From a bacterium (GTDB lineage Bacteria; Bacteroidota; Bacteroidia; Bacteroidales; FEN-979): a DNA stretch of 64,000 nucleotides. This document shows positions 1 through 11,747 of the stretch, one piece after another. The stretch spans positions 2,634 through 66,633 of the forward strand of contig JAZDGR010000178.1 of the NCBI GenBank assembly GCA_043806735.1, read 5' to 3'. How positions within the stretch are numbered: position 1 is the stretch's first letter; every line of letters begins with the position of its first letter. The notes under the pieces were generated by a model. That model was not told the origin of the DNA. It saw nothing but the letters and a program-made list of their open reading frames with translations, and made no database searches. The position numbers were made by a program, and so were the translations under genes.

Positions 1-1
1 G

Positions 2-568
2 CTTTATCAGATGCAGGCGTTGCAAAATATTGAGTTATTCAAATCATACGGCATTACAAAGATCCTTACAATATGTCCTCACTGCTATAACATTTTTAAA
101 AACGAATATCCTGATCTGGGCGGAATTTATGAAGTAATTAACTATCTGGAGTTTCTTGACTATTTTATTCAAATTGGCAGACTGAAAACCGAACCTGCTG
201 TTTTTAGAAACGTGGTGGTTACGTATCATGACCCGTGTTACCTAGGAAGAGCTAACGATGTTTACAATGAGCCCCGTAGAATCCTTCGGGGATTGACTGC
301 AAAAGTAGTGGAGATGGAACACCACAGGAGTTCTGCTCTTTGCTGTGGTGCGGGGGGAGGCCAGTATTTTAAGGAAGCTGAAAAAGGGACTAAAGAGGTC
401 TATATGGAACGCACGGAAGAAGCATTGAAAACCGGAGCTTCTGTGGTTGCGACCGCATGTCCGTTTTGTATGACAATGCTTACTGACGGACTGAAATACA
501 AACACAAAGAAGAGGAAGTGAAGAACCTGGACATAGCAGAGATGATTGTCCAGTCATTGAATTTATAG
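2..568 (+). CDS. (Fe-S)-binding oxidoreductase, C-terminal part with two cysteine-rich CCG-type motifs; 5' end lies outside the window
   Basis: The frame is open to the window edge. Motifs CPHCYN..HDPCYLGR and CCGAGGG..ACPFCMTM are typical of HdrD/GlpC-like CCG domains. It lies directly upstream of an acyl-CoA dehydrogenase. Confidence 0.75.
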   Translation, partial: LYQMQALQNIELFKSYGITKILTICPHCYNIFKNEYPDLGGIYEVINYLEFLDYFIQIGRLKTEPAVFRNVVVTYHDPCYLGRANDVYNEPRRILRGLTAKVVEMEHHRSSALCCGAGGGQYFKEAEKGTKEVYMERTEEALKTGASVVATACPFCMTMLTDGLKYKHKEEEVKNLDIAEMIVQSLNL

Positions 569-601
569 CAAATACAATCAGTTATAAACAAATCAGAGAC
601 A

Positions 602-2386
602 ATGGACAATAGAAAAGCGTTAAAAAGCGGGGAGTTTCTCGTAGAAGAAGTCGATGAAAATGATGTTTTTATTCCTGAGGAATTTTCAGAGGAACAGAGG
701 ATGATTGCCCAGACGATCAAAGACTTCCTGGTTGCTGAATTATATCCCAACCTCGATCAGATCGATTCTCCGGATATCAACCTGATGAAAACCATATTAA
801 AAAAATCAGGGGAACTGGGCCTTATGGGGATTGCTTTGCCGGAGGAATACAATGGCTTCGGACAAAACTTTGTCACCCAGATGCTTGCTGCTGAAGTGGT
901 TGGAGCAGGGTATTCCTTTTCAGTTGCTTTTATGGCTCATTGTGGGATTGGTACTTTGCCCATCATGTATTATGGGAATGAGGATCAGCGTCAAAGGTAC
1001 GTGACAAAGCTTGCCACAGGAGAGTTGCTGGGGGCGTACTGCCTTACTGAACCGGGTGCCGGAAGCGATGCCAATTCAGGTAAGACAAATGCGAAACTCT
1101 CCGAAGACGGAAAGTTTTATATTTTAAATGGCCAGAAGATGTGGATCACTAATGCAAACTTTGCGGATGTCCAGACAGTTTTTGCCAAGATTGATAATGA
1201 CCGTGTTTTAAGTGCCTTCATTGTAGAACGAAATTACCCGGGAGTCGTGGTCTCTCCTGATGAGAAAAAGATGGGTATCAAAGGTTCTTCAACGGCGCAG
1301 ATCTTTTATAACGATGTAAAGGTCCCGGTTGAAAACCTCATCGGGAAAAGGGGAGAGGGCTTCCGGGTGGCATTGAGTATTCTCCATATGGGTCGGATCA
1401 AATTGGGGGCCAATGTCCTGGGAGCGGCAAAAAAGGCCATCAATGACTCTGTTCAATATGCCAACGAGAGAAAGCAGTTTGGCGTTCTGATTTCGACTTT
1501 TGGTGCAATAAAGCACAAGTTGGCCGAGCAGGTGATCCGAACTTTTGCGCTGGAATCCTCCATTTACCGGGTCAGTAAAGATATCGATCTGTTGATTAAG
1601 CAAAATAAAGCAACAGGTCAGGATAAAGGGAGAGCTGCCATTGAAGGGATCAGCCACTATGCAGTCGAAGCTGCTATTTTGAAGGTTTATGGATCGGAAG
1701 TTCTTGACTTTGTAATTGACGAAGCGGTACAGATTCATGGCGGCATGGGGTACTCTGCCGAAATGGCAGTTGAGCGCGGATATCGTGATTCAAGAATAAA
1801 CCGGATTTTTGAAGGAACAAATGAAATTAACCGTTTGCTGGTTGTCGATACCGCCATGAAACGTGCCATGAAGGGTGATTTTAACCTATTCGGTAAAGCT
1901 GAGGAGATGATGACCCATTTGGAGGAGGTTGTAGAAAAAGGCTCACCGGATGAAGAATATTTCGACAGAAAGATGAGAACCCTGCGGAATTGTAAGAAGG
2001 CAATACTCCTGGCTATCCACGGTGCGTCCGGCAGTTTTGGCCGAACCCTGGTTCAGGAGCAGGAGATTCTCAACAACATCTCGGATATGATCATAGAGTT
2101 GTATGTCGCTGAGTCCACCGCACTGAGAGTTAAAAAAATAGAGACCATGAAAGGATCAGAGGCAGCCTTCATTTACAGAAATATCCTCGATGTTCTGGTT
2201 TATGATTCGTCCGACAGAATCAGGAAAGCGGGACTTGATGCCATCCATTCATTTGCATCCGGTGAGCAAGCGGAAAGGCTCATTACCGCTGTGAATTCCC
2301 TTACCGAAATGAGTGGGGTTAATGTGAAAGAGGCGAGGCGGCGAATTGCAGCCAGACTAATTGAAGAAAACGAATATAAATTTTAA
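602..2386 (+). CDS. acyl-CoA dehydrogenase (long, about 590 aa form)
   Basis: Signatures YCLTEPGAGSD, QIHGGMGY and RIFEGTNEINR are present. The ORF is a clean 594 aa. Confidence 0.9.
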   Translation: MDNRKALKSGEFLVEEVDENDVFIPEEFSEEQRMIAQTIKDFLVAELYPNLDQIDSPDINLMKTILKKSGELGLMGIALPEEYNGFGQNFVTQMLAAEVVGAGYSFSVAFMAHCGIGTLPIMYYGNEDQRQRYVTKLATGELLGAYCLTEPGAGSDANSGKTNAKLSEDGKFYILNGQKMWITNANFADVQTVFAKIDNDRVLSAFIVERNYPGVVVSPDEKKMGIKGSSTAQIFYNDVKVPVENLIGKRGEGFRVALSILHMGRIKLGANVLGAAKKAINDSVQYANERKQFGVLISTFGAIKHKLAEQVIRTFALESSIYRVSKDIDLLIKQNKATGQDKGRAAIEGISHYAVEAAILKVYGSEVLDFVIDEAVQIHGGMGYSAEMAVERGYRDSRINRIFEGTNEINRLLVVDTAMKRAMKGDFNLFGKAEEMMTHLEEVVEKGSPDEEYFDRKMRTLRNCKKAILLAIHGASGSFGRTLVQEQEILNNISDMIIELYVAESTALRVKKIETMKGSEAAFIYRNILDVLVYDSSDRIRKAGLDAIHSFASGEQAERLITAVNSLTEMSGVNVKEARRRIAARLIEENEYKF

Positions 2387-2397
2387 TGATAGAAGAG

Positions 2398-4965
2398 TTA
2401 TTGAACCGTTTCTGATTCAGGGGTCTTTTCCTGTTTTTGCTTAGGAGTTGCAATATTTACGGTGATGTGATCTTGGTCTTTATCGTATCCTATCGTAATC
2501 AGATCATTCAATTTCAGTTTTGTCTTGATGATCTCTTCTGCCAGCTCATCTTCAACATACTTTTGGATAGCCCGCTTAAGGGGGCGGGCTCCAAACTGGG
2601 CATCCCATCCTTTCTCTGCAATGAAATCTTTCGCTTCCGGCGTGATCTCAATCGTATATCCCAACGCTTTTACACGATCATAAAGCTGCTTCAGTTCGAT
2701 GTCGATAATCTTATGGATATCTTCGCGTTCGAGAGCGTTGAAGATGACCACATCATCGATGCGGTTCAAAAACTCGGGAGCAAACGCTTTTTTTAATGCA
2801 TTCTCGATTACGCTGCGGTTATGCTCATCAGTAGAGGCTTGGCGGGCCGAAGTTGAAAATCCCACTCCCTGACCAAAATCTTTCAGCTGGCGAGAACCGA
2901 TGTTGGATGTCATGATTACAATGGTATTCTTGAAATCTACCCTACGCCCGAAACTATCGGTTAACACTCCATCGTCAAGTACCTGAAGCAGGAGGTGAAA
3001 TATATCCGGGTGGGCTTTTTCGATTTCGTCGAGCAAGACAATAGAGTAGGGGCGGCGGCGTATCTTTTCGGTCAGCTGACCTCCCTCTTCGTATCCGACA
3101 TACCCCGGAGGCGCTCCGATTAAACGGGACACCGCAAACTTTTCCATGTATTCACTCATGTCAATCCGAACCAGTGCTTCTTCGGTATCAAAAAGATACC
3201 TGGCTAGCACCTTGGCAAGATGCGTCTTGCCAACTCCGGTGGGCCCAAGGAAAATAAAGGTCCCAATGGGTTTGTTTGGATCTTTAAGGCCTGCACGGTT
3301 GCGGCGGATGGCTTTGACGACTTTCCTGATCGCCTCTTCCTGACCGATTATAGAGAGTTCCAGCTCCTCTTCCATGTGAATCAGCCGCTCTCCTTCGTTA
3401 CGCGCAATTCGTTTGACGGGGATGCCTGTCATCATGGCTACAACCTCAGCTACATTCTCTTCGGCTACAGTCTGGCGGTTAATTTTAGCCTGTTCCTCCC
3501 ATTTTCGTTTTTCCCTTTCAAGGCTCTCCTGCAATTTTCGTTCGGTATCACGCAGATCTGCAGCCTCCTCAAACTTCTGACTATTGATCGCGTTGACCTT
3601 TTGTTTCCTTGTCTCTTCAATTCGGTTTTCAATGTCGATGATCTCCTGAGGAACATTGATATTTGAGATATGCACCCTGGCCCCGGCCTCATCGAGCGCA
3701 TCAATAGCTTTGTCGGGAAGATACCGGTCAGAGATGTACCGGTTTGTCAGTGTAACACATGCCTGAATAGCATCATCCGTGTATTTCACCAGGTGATGAT
3801 CTTCATATTTCTCCTTGATATTATTTAAAATTTCAATGGTCTCTTCTGCAGAAGTCGGGTCAACCAGCACCTTCTGGAACCTGCGTTCCAACGCTCCGTC
3901 TTTCTCAATATACTGACGGTATTCATCAAGCGTAGTAGCCCCAATGCACTGGAGTTCACCCCGGGAGAGTGCCGGTTTGAACATGTTGGAAGCATCCAGG
4001 GATCCGGATGCATTCCCCGCTCCCACAATGGTGTGGATCTCATCAATAAAAAGGATGATATTTGGATTTTTCTCCAGTTCATTTAACACCGCTTTCATAC
4101 GTTCCTCAAACTGCCCACGGTATTTTGTCCCGGCAACAAGGGAGGCAAGGTCCAGTGAAACTATCCGTTTGTTGAACAGGGCTCTCGAAACCCTGCGGTT
4201 GACAATCCGAAGCGCAAGTCCTTCTGCTATAGCAGATTTACCGACACCAGGTTCCCCAATCAAAATGGGATTGTTCTTCTTTCTGCGACTCAGGATCTGA
4301 GCGATGCGCTGTAGCTCCCTTTCTCTTCCGACAACTGGATCCAGCCGGTCTTCCTCTGCTGCACGGGTGATATCCCTTCCGAAGTTGTCAAGAACAGGTG
4401 TTTTTGATTTCGATTCGGAAGGCCTTTTGGGTGAATTGGTAAAACTTTTTCCGCTCTCTTCAGGTTCCTCTTCATCGTCATCTTTCGGAAGGATATCCTG
4501 AGGTTCAAAGGGTTCTTCCTCCTTTACGTTAGTAAGGATGGATTTCAATTCTTCAGATACGGCTCTATAGTTTATTCCATATCCATAGAATGTCTTTGTC
4601 ACCAGGTTGTTTTCGTCTTTGAGAATGGCCAGCAGGAGATGCTCGGTCCCAATCAACTCGCTGTTGAAAAGTTTTGCTTCCAGGTAGGTGATCTTTAGGG
4701 CTCTTTCAGCTTGTTTTATCAGTGGAATGTTGTCCCCCGTTACCGTTTTCTCGGTTTGATTTGCAACGGCAGTCTCAATTCTTTTTCGGATCTCCACCAG
4801 ATTCAACCCAAGGTTCCGCAGAATCTTGATAGCCAAGCCTTCGCCTTCGCGGATGATTCCCAGCAAGAGATGCTCCAGGCCAATATAATTATTTCCCAAC
4901 CTGTGCGCTTCTTCTCGGCTATATATCAATACGTCTTTGACGCGTTGTGAAAATTTTGCTTCCAT
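2398..4965 (-). CDS. clpC: ATP-dependent Clp protease ATP-binding subunit, ClpC type
   Basis: Duplicated Clp_N repeat at the N-terminus. Two Walker A motifs ([16 protein letters not shown]). UVR-like linker ([16 protein letters not shown]). 855 aa. Confidence 0.9.
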   Translation of the reverse strand: MEAKFSQRVKDVLIYSREEAHRLGNNYIGLEHLLLGIIREGEGLAIKILRNLGLNLVEIRKRIETAVANQTEKTVTGDNIPLIKQAERALKITYLEAKLFNSELIGTEHLLLAILKDENNLVTKTFYGYGINYRAVSEELKSILTNVKEEEPFEPQDILPKDDDEEEPEESGKSFTNSPKRPSESKSKTPVLDNFGRDITRAAEEDRLDPVVGRERELQRIAQILSRRKKNNPILIGEPGVGKSAIAEGLALRIVNRRVSRALFNKRIVSLDLASLVAGTKYRGQFEERMKAVLNELEKNPNIILFIDEIHTIVGAGNASGSLDASNMFKPALSRGELQCIGATTLDEYRQYIEKDGALERRFQKVLVDPTSAEETIEILNNIKEKYEDHHLVKYTDDAIQACVTLTNRYISDRYLPDKAIDALDEAGARVHISNINVPQEIIDIENRIEETRKQKVNAINSQKFEEAADLRDTERKLQESLEREKRKWEEQAKINRQTVAEENVAEVVAMMTGIPVKRIARNEGERLIHMEEELELSIIGQEEAIRKVVKAIRRNRAGLKDPNKPIGTFIFLGPTGVGKTHLAKVLARYLFDTEEALVRIDMSEYMEKFAVSRLIGAPPGYVGYEEGGQLTEKIRRRPYSIVLLDEIEKAHPDIFHLLLQVLDDGVLTDSFGRRVDFKNTIVIMTSNIGSRQLKDFGQGVGFSTSARQASTDEHNRSVIENALKKAFAPEFLNRIDDVVIFNALEREDIHKIIDIELKQLYDRVKALGYTIEITPEAKDFIAEKGWDAQFGARPLKRAIQKYVEDELAEEIIKTKLKLNDLITIGYDKDQDHITVNIATPKQKQEKTPESETVQ

Positions 4966-5269
4966 AATATTGTTCAGAATCTTCTACGTGTATTAACGAT
5001 TTCGATTCACTTTTATTTAGTCTGTGCTTCAAATGTACAAAAATCAAACCATCATCCTAAACCTGAAAAAATGGCTGATCTTTCAAAAATACGATCGAAT
5101 TCGGAAGGAACTATCGGGAACCTCAATAATTATCAACATTTTCCTGTTCATAATCAGCAAAAAAAGATTATCCGGTATCATGGTTTTCTCAATTAAAATT
5201 GGTACCTTCGTAGTGTTAGAATTGATTTCATATCTTCATGATTATCAGATATTTAATTTGTAAATATAC

Positions 5270-7765
5270 ATGGGAGAAACCGGAGAAAAGATTGTTCAGG
5301 TAAATATTGAGAATCAAATGAAGACGGCCTACATCGATTATTCAATGTCGGTCATTGTTGCCAGGGCATTACCTGATGTCAGGGATGGGTTGAAACCGGT
5401 TCATCGAAGAGTTCTTTTTGGCATGTACGAACTGGGCGTCTTTTCGAACAGACCCTTTAAAAAGTCGGCAAGAATCGTTGGGGAGGTGCTTGGCAAATTC
5501 CATCCGCATGGAGATACTTCTGTATACGATGCGATGGTCAGGATGGCTCAGGAATGGAGTCTGAGATATACACTGATAGACGGACAAGGGAACTTTGGCT
5601 CGATGGATGGTGACAACCCTGCAGCAATGCGATACACCGAGGCCAGGTTAAAAAAGATAGCAGAAGAATTATTGGCCGACCTGGATAAAGAGACCGTCGA
5701 TTTTAAGCTCAATTTCGATGATTCCCTTCAGGAACCCACTGTGTTGCCATCCAAGATTCCGAACCTCCTGGTTAACGGGGCCTCAGGGATTGCAGTCGGA
5801 ATGGCTACCAACATGCCTCCTCACAACCTTTCCGAAGTCGTCGATGGAACTCTCGCCTATATTGATAACCGGGAGATCTCCATTGCAGAGCTGATGAAAT
5901 TTATCAAAGCACCTGATTTTCCAACGGGAGGTGTGATCTATGGGTATGACGGTGTGAGGGAAGCATACGAAACGGGAAGAGGGAAAATCATGATGCGCGG
6001 AGAGGCTAAGATTGAGACCGAGGATAATGGGAAAGAACGGATTGTTGTAACATCAGTTCCTTATCAGGTCAACAAAGCTGACATGATTAAAAAAACAGCA
6101 GAGCTGGTCAATGAAAAGAAAATTGAAGGAATTACCGACATCCGTGACGAATCAGACCGCACCGGCGTCAGGATTGTATATGAATTAAAAAAGGAGGTCA
6201 TCACCAATGTTGTTTTGAATAAGCTATACCAGAATACGCCCTTGCAATCTTCTTTCAACGTCAACAACATCGCCCTTGTCAAAGGACGTCCGATGATGCT
6301 GAATCTCAAGGATTTGATTGTCCATTATGTCCATCATCGCCACGAGGTTGTGACCCGCCGGACTCAATTTGAATTGAAAGAAGCAGAGAAGCGTGCCCAT
6401 ATTCTGGAAGGATTATTGATTGCGCTGGATAACCTGGATGAAATTATTGCCCTTATCCGTGCCTCTCTTACACCCGATGAAGCCCGGATCGGATTGATGA
6501 ATCGTTTCAACCTGACAGAAATTCAGGCCAGAGCGATCCTTGATATGAGATTGCAAAGACTTACCGGATTGGAGCGTGAAAAGATCAGGGAAGAATATAA
6601 TGAACTACTGAAACGAATTGAGAATTACAAACTGATCTTATCTGATGAAGCTTTGCGAATGGGAATCATCAAACAGGAGCTGACAGAGATCAAACAGAAG
6701 TACGGGGATGAATCCAGAACTCAAATCGTGTATGCTGCGTCTGATTTCAGGATTGAGGATACCATTGTGGATGAAAATATGGTGATCACCATTTCACATC
6801 TCGGATATATCAAACGTACGCCATTGACAGAATACCGTCGCCAGAACAGGGGAGGGAAAGGGCATAAAGGAACGGAAATCAGGGATGAAGATTTCCTTGA
6901 ACATCTTTTTGTGGCGACAAATCACAATTATCTTCTGCTGTTTACAGAAAAGGGCAAGTGTTTCTGGCTCAGGGTATTTGAGATCCCAGAGGGAAGTAAA
7001 ACGTCCAAGGGGAGGGCTATCCAAAACCTTCTGAATATTGAAAGCGATGATAAAGTCAGAGCATACATCAACGTTAAAAATCTGAAGGATGAGGAGTATA
7101 TCAATTCCAATTTTATCATCCTTGCTACAAAAAAAGGCACAATCAAGAAGACCTCCCTGGAAGCATACTCCCGACCACGGCAGAACGGGATTAACGCAAT
7201 CACCATTAACGAAGGGGATCAACTTCTGGAAGCCCGATTAACAAACGGGGCAGACGAAGTCGTGATGGCTCTTAAATCAGGCCGTGCAATCCGGTTTAAC
7301 GAAGGGAAAGTGAGACCGATGGGCAGAAATGCAGCTGGTGTCAGAGGCATAAGATTGGCCAGACCTGACGATGAAGTGGTCGGGATGATCTTCATTCGGA
7401 AGGATACCCGTTGCGAAATCCTGGTGGTTTCCGAAAATGGGTATGGAAAACGCTCCGATATTGACGATTACCGTGTGACAAACCGGGGTGGGAAAGGAGT
7501 TAAAACCATCAACATAACGGAGAAAACGGGTCGGCTTATTGCCATCAAACAGGTAACAGATAATGACGATCTCATGATCATTAACCGATCCGGTATCATC
7601 ATCCGAATGGCAGTTGCGGATCTAAGGGTGATTGGCAGGGCTACACAGGGTGTCAGACTGATAAAAATAAATGAAGGCGACAGCATTGCGGCTGTTGCGA
7701 GAGTAGATGTTGAGGACGAGCCAGGTACAGACCCGCTAACGAATTCTGAAATTGAAAATAATTGA
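5270..7765 (+). CDS. gyrA: DNA gyrase subunit A
   Basis: GKFHPHGD and [10 protein letters not shown] (active-site Tyr) motifs, plus a C-terminal beta-pinwheel repeat region. 831 aa. Confidence 0.97.
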   Translation: MGETGEKIVQVNIENQMKTAYIDYSMSVIVARALPDVRDGLKPVHRRVLFGMYELGVFSNRPFKKSARIVGEVLGKFHPHGDTSVYDAMVRMAQEWSLRYTLIDGQGNFGSMDGDNPAAMRYTEARLKKIAEELLADLDKETVDFKLNFDDSLQEPTVLPSKIPNLLVNGASGIAVGMATNMPPHNLSEVVDGTLAYIDNREISIAELMKFIKAPDFPTGGVIYGYDGVREAYETGRGKIMMRGEAKIETEDNGKERIVVTSVPYQVNKADMIKKTAELVNEKKIEGITDIRDESDRTGVRIVYELKKEVITNVVLNKLYQNTPLQSSFNVNNIALVKGRPMMLNLKDLIVHYVHHRHEVVTRRTQFELKEAEKRAHILEGLLIALDNLDEIIALIRASLTPDEARIGLMNRFNLTEIQARAILDMRLQRLTGLEREKIREEYNELLKRIENYKLILSDEALRMGIIKQELTEIKQKYGDESRTQIVYAASDFRIEDTIVDENMVITISHLGYIKRTPLTEYRRQNRGGKGHKGTEIRDEDFLEHLFVATNHNYLLLFTEKGKCFWLRVFEIPEGSKTSKGRAIQNLLNIESDDKVRAYINVKNLKDEEYINSNFIILATKKGTIKKTSLEAYSRPRQNGINAITINEGDQLLEARLTNGADEVVMALKSGRAIRFNEGKVRPMGRNAAGVRGIRLARPDDEVVGMIFIRKDTRCEILVVSENGYGKRSDIDDYRVTNRGGKGVKTINITEKTGRLIAIKQVTDNDDLMIINRSGIIIRMAVADLRVIGRATQGVRLIKINEGDSIAAVARVDVEDEPGTDPLTNSEIENN

Positions 7766-7838
7766 TAATAGTTTAACAATCCCAGCATCATTGTTTAAAT
7801 TTGCACCCGGAAAAAAAAGAACCATTATACTTTTTATT

Positions 7839-9023
7839 ATGAAGAGAATCGCAATCATGATGGGGATGATCCTGATTATTTCCATCACTTTCGGACAAAA
7901 GAACGTTCGTCAGACAGCCTCCAATTACTTGAAAGCCGGAAAACTGGATAAAGCGCTTGAAGCCATTAACCAGTGCATCAAAGAGCCAACCACTGCTGAA
8001 GATAGCCGTACTTGGTTTATCAGGGGGAATATCTATTTGGAAATTGCTAATTCGACTGATCCAACTTACCAGGCGCTCGATGCTGATCCGATAACCCAGG
8101 CTATGGAATCATACAAAAAAGCAATTGAGTTCGATACGAAAAAGGAGTTTTATGAAGACATTTTTGCAAAACTCAACTGGCAGCGGAATAATTTGTACAA
8201 TCAGGCTGTAGATGCTTACAATAAACAAGACTATGCACTGGCTATGAAATATTTTGCAGGAGCGGCACAAGCCATCTCGGCTGCCAAAGTGGCTGATACA
8301 GTGGGGTTATTGAATGCAGCCTATTGCGCCACGCTGGCCAAAGACTATTCAAATGCAAAAAAATTCTACATTGAACTACTAAATAATAAGTATAAGTCAG
8401 TTGTTCTATTGATCAGTCTATCTGATATATATAGAATCGAGAAGGACTATACTAATGCCATGAAATATATTGAAATCGCAAAACAGGAATATCCCAGTGA
8501 TTCAAAAGTTTCTCTTGGAGAAACAAGCATTTATCTTACGTTTGATATGACAGATAAAGCATTGAGCAACCTTCTTGTGTATATCGCTACCGATACGCTA
8601 AATTATTCTGTCTATTTTGCTTTAGGTACTATTTACGACAGAATGGCAAATGATTCCACACTTTCTGACACCAATAAATTACCGGCCTTTAACGATGCAA
8701 TTGCAGCATATAAGAAAACTCTTGAACTAAACCCGGAATATTTTGATGCCTATTATAACATCGGGGCGTTGTGCGTTAATAAAGCAGCACTCATTGATTT
8801 GGAAGCAAATAAACTGCCACTGGAAGAATCGGTGTTATTTGAGAAACTCAAAGGGGAGGCTAATTCTTACTTGATCATGGCAGCACCATACCTGGAAAAA
8901 GCGATTATGATGCAACCGAATGATTTAAATACATTGCAAACATTACGACAAATTTATGTGAGAACAAACCAAACCGTAAAGCTCAAGGAAATTAATGAAA
9001 TAATAAGTTCCATATCCCACTAG
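7839..9023 (+). CDS. TPR-repeat protein with N-terminal signal/anchor
   Basis: I chose the internal ATG at 7839 (MKRIAIMMGMILIISITFG) rather than the ORF start at 7752, which overlaps the gyrA end. It has repeated A/Y/L-rich TPR-like helices. A TPR gene after gyrA is common in Bacteroidota. Confidence 0.7.
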   Translation: MKRIAIMMGMILIISITFGQKNVRQTASNYLKAGKLDKALEAINQCIKEPTTAEDSRTWFIRGNIYLEIANSTDPTYQALDADPITQAMESYKKAIEFDTKKEFYEDIFAKLNWQRNNLYNQAVDAYNKQDYALAMKYFAGAAQAISAAKVADTVGLLNAAYCATLAKDYSNAKKFYIELLNNKYKSVVLLISLSDIYRIEKDYTNAMKYIEIAKQEYPSDSKVSLGETSIYLTFDMTDKALSNLLVYIATDTLNYSVYFALGTIYDRMANDSTLSDTNKLPAFNDAIAAYKKTLELNPEYFDAYYNIGALCVNKAALIDLEANKLPLEESVLFEKLKGEANSYLIMAAPYLEKAIMMQPNDLNTLQTLRQIYVRTNQTVKLKEINEIISSISH

Positions 9024-9034
9024 GGTGGAATAAT

Positions 9035-9065
9035 AAAGGAGGCAATAAAGACCTCCTTTTATTAT
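9035..9065. terminator. hairpin between convergent genes (candidate bidirectional terminator)
   Basis: AAAGGAGG (9035-9042) pairs with CCTCCTTT (9052-9059). It is flanked by A-run and T-run sequence. Confidence 0.55.
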
Positions 9066-9115
9066 TTAGCATTTCTACTTTACATAATATTAATTATAAG
9101 ACAAGTCGTATAAGA

Positions 9116-10123
9116 TTATTTTACAGGAAACAGGATTTGCGTTTCCCATTTGGACGTATCTGGCTCTGTCATAGGATCCGTGATATAGATTTCCCATGGA
9201 TTCCCAGCAATTTCAAGTTTTCCCTGCGCGATATATTTGTCCAGCGCATGATAAACCTTGAAGGTCTGATCATAAGGTCCGAAATAATCAGCTACCACTA
9301 CTTTCTGTGCTGGAATCTCTTCTGCCCGAATACGCCCTTTTCCAGGTACGGAATATACCACAGCGATACCCATATCAAAGACGGAAAACATCGTGACTGA
9401 ATCCCAGGATTGATAAATTGCGAATGGATGTCCAACCGGGGACAGCTTGTTAACTTGAATAAATTTCATCAATTCAGAAAAACCTTTTCCCATCACCTCA
9501 CCATAATTCTCAGGGCCTGCAGAATCTCTGATTACTAAGACGATCTGGTTTCCCATGTATTTTTCTTCGATCGGAGGCCAGCCTTCGCGTTCCTCAGCAA
9601 CTTCCTTCAGTTTTATTAGCCCTTTTTCAAAATCAGGTCCCATCATCCGGTCCATAAACAAACCCATATATCGTGCAAACGGATTAAATCCAAGATCCCC
9701 CTGATCAGTCCAAATCACAAGCACGGAATCGTTTTTTTCCACGCAGGAAATCGACCCCTTGGAGGCATATTTACCTTCATCAAATGTCAAATCATAGGCA
9801 AATAGCTGGCCCGGAACAGCCTCTGTAACAATCAATTCACCCGTCCCAAGCAATTCCCCTTTCCATTTCCAGATCGTTCCGACTTCACAGTCGTTTCCAG
9901 ACAATTCAAAAAGTGCAGTGGTATCAACCTCTTTCGTCCAGGGAGCCCATAGATCCCATTTTTTAAGATTGCACGTTAGATTGTAAATCAGAGCTTTGCT
10001 AGCTCCGATGGTTATGCTTCTCTCGAACTTATACTGCCGAGGAAGTAGAAATGCAATAATGACTAAAACAGCAACAATGATCACCAGCCATAATACAATT
10101 TTTCCTAATGTTCTCATATGCAA
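9116..10123 (-). CDS. membrane-anchored SRPBCC (START/polyketide-cyclase-like) plus GyrI-like ligand-binding domain protein
   Basis: N-terminal TM helix (IVLWLVIIVAVLVIIAFLL). The SRPBCC-like N-terminal half and the GyrI-like C-terminal half (GNPWEIYITDP) were recognised by pattern only. Confidence 0.55.
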   Translation of the reverse strand: MHMRTLGKIVLWLVIIVAVLVIIAFLLPRQYKFERSITIGASKALIYNLTCNLKKWDLWAPWTKEVDTTALFELSGNDCEVGTIWKWKGELLGTGELIVTEAVPGQLFAYDLTFDEGKYASKGSISCVEKNDSVLVIWTDQGDLGFNPFARYMGLFMDRMMGPDFEKGLIKLKEVAEEREGWPPIEEKYMGNQIVLVIRDSAGPENYGEVMGKGFSELMKFIQVNKLSPVGHPFAIYQSWDSVTMFSVFDMGIAVVYSVPGKGRIRAEEIPAQKVVVADYFGPYDQTFKVYHALDKYIAQGKLEIAGNPWEIYITDPMTEPDTSKWETQILFPVK

Positions 10124-10176
10124 ATAGATTTGTTTCTGTAAAAATAAAGAAAAAGAACCCTGAAATCTAGTTCCTT

Positions 10177-10377
10177 CTAAAAATAATTCTGAAAAAAGCT
10201 ACGGACAAGAGAGAGCCTTCTCCTCTCTTGTTGCTCAAGTTTGAAAGTTTTACTTCCAGGTAAAATTGTTCTCTGAAAATGGTCCAGGGGATCGTATTTT
10301 GCAGAATAGTACTTAATCCTGGATGCCATAATCTTGGAGTATTCCTTATCCTGATTTATTTCGCTTAAGCTATTCAT
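10177..10377 (-). CDS. hypothetical small protein (66 aa)
   Basis: ORF only, with no recognisable motif. It is divergent from the 10574 gene across an AT-rich spacer. Confidence 0.25.
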   Translation of the reverse strand: MNSLSEINQDKEYSKIMASRIKYYSAKYDPLDHFQRTILPGSKTFKLEQQERRRLSLVRSFFQNYF

Positions 10378-10573
10378 ATTCTATTAAAATTTAAAAATCG
10401 TATAATCAGGGTAAAACTACGCCAGTAACATAATGAAAAACAAGTAAATTAAATGAAAAATTAATGCTTAAATAACCAGCTTAACAAATAATTCGGTAAA
10501 TTTAAGTACTTAATTAAGCTTAAATTTGCTTAAGTAAAAAATATAACGTATATTTGCTTAATTATTCAGTCAA

Positions 10574-11713
10574 ATGGTAGTGAATCGGTTATCGACGGAA
10601 GTTTTAGCTCAAATTCCTACGCTACTTCCGGGGATTGAACAGGTGGTCCTGATTCAAACAGATCATGCTTGTACCGCTTTTACCGGAGTTTTACTAAAAA
10701 AACGGGAGGATAGTTATTGTACCGAGCCGATAAAAATTGAATCTGGTAGTGAATTTTTCGCAAAGCAGATGCAAGGCACTCTCCACTACCAATGGGTTCA
10801 GAAAAACCAGATTCCGTTTGATATTATATCTAATGTAAAAGTTCAATTAACTATATTTAGTGAACTAAAAAACAGTATTTTAATGATTATTGTTCGACAT
10901 TCTGGATCGGATTTGTCAGATTTACACTTTTTATATTTTAATGAGAACCTGAGCAATTTTCTTATAGATAAGGTAAGTGAGCAGTTTTCTGCACAGCATA
11001 AAAATATGGTAGGATTTCTTCTATACCATTCCATAAAAGCATTGTACAGCATTTATTATCAGCAAGAGCAATTGGTTTTAACCTTTAATGATCAGGTTCA
11101 GGCGATTATTAAGGAGCGAAATAGTCTGAAAGAAGAAATTGGGAGGATATCCGGAAAAGAAAGGCAAGACGTTTTGAGGATGGCACAACATTATCTTGAA
11201 AAGATTTCAGGGGAACTGGGCAAATCTGCGACACTTACCGACTCAGCAAAAACCAGGTTGCGCGATTTTAAAGGTGATTTATTTGAACTGGAAGCTGTTA
11301 TGCGTGAGGCGATTGCATTTGCAGGAGCGCTTTCTTTTTCCTCGGGAACCTCCCCTATTCTGCTGGCTGATTATCACATACGTTTCCCGGATCCTGCCAT
11401 GCAGAAGGTTCAGCACGACATCGACGGATTACCTCAAAGATATATCAAGACACACCTGTTGCTCGACAGGCTGGAGCTCGCTGCATCCGGGCTCAAACAG
11501 AGAAGAGTCCCACTAACCAGCGCAAAGGTCGGGAAAGAGTTCCCGACTCCAGTTTCTGCACCAGCCATCACGGATGCTCTTAGAAAACACAAAAAACGGA
11601 TTGTTTCTCTATTTGAGCAATACCCTAAGAAATGGGAGATTATCCGGCATGAATTCCGCCCCATTCAAAATCTATTCTCTGCCCTCCCCGAAACCGAGCA
11701 GTTGTCAGCTTAA
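10574..11713 (+). CDS. hypothetical protein, possibly a transcription regulator
   Basis: 379-aa ORF with coding-like composition. The central and C-terminal part resembles the lid plus Fis-type HTH tail of sigma54 activators (LTDSAKTRLRDFKGDLFELEAVMREAI..; ..APAITDALRKHKKRI), but no Walker motifs are present. Confidence 0.5.
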   Translation: MVVNRLSTEVLAQIPTLLPGIEQVVLIQTDHACTAFTGVLLKKREDSYCTEPIKIESGSEFFAKQMQGTLHYQWVQKNQIPFDIISNVKVQLTIFSELKNSILMIIVRHSGSDLSDLHFLYFNENLSNFLIDKVSEQFSAQHKNMVGFLLYHSIKALYSIYYQQEQLVLTFNDQVQAIIKERNSLKEEIGRISGKERQDVLRMAQHYLEKISGELGKSATLTDSAKTRLRDFKGDLFELEAVMREAIAFAGALSFSSGTSPILLADYHIRFPDPAMQKVQHDIDGLPQRYIKTHLLLDRLELAASGLKQRRVPLTSAKVGKEFPTPVSAPAITDALRKHKKRIVSLFEQYPKKWEIIRHEFRPIQNLFSALPETEQLSA

Positions 11714-11747
11714 TGAATATTTCTATTTTTGCATTAAACCCCATTAC

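Noticed and set aside
5024-5263. I considered the 79-aa ORF in the clpC-gyrA divergent spacer.
   Set aside because: It is AT-rich and Ile/Lys/Phe/Leu-biased with no motif. It occupies the expected promoter region of two essential genes.
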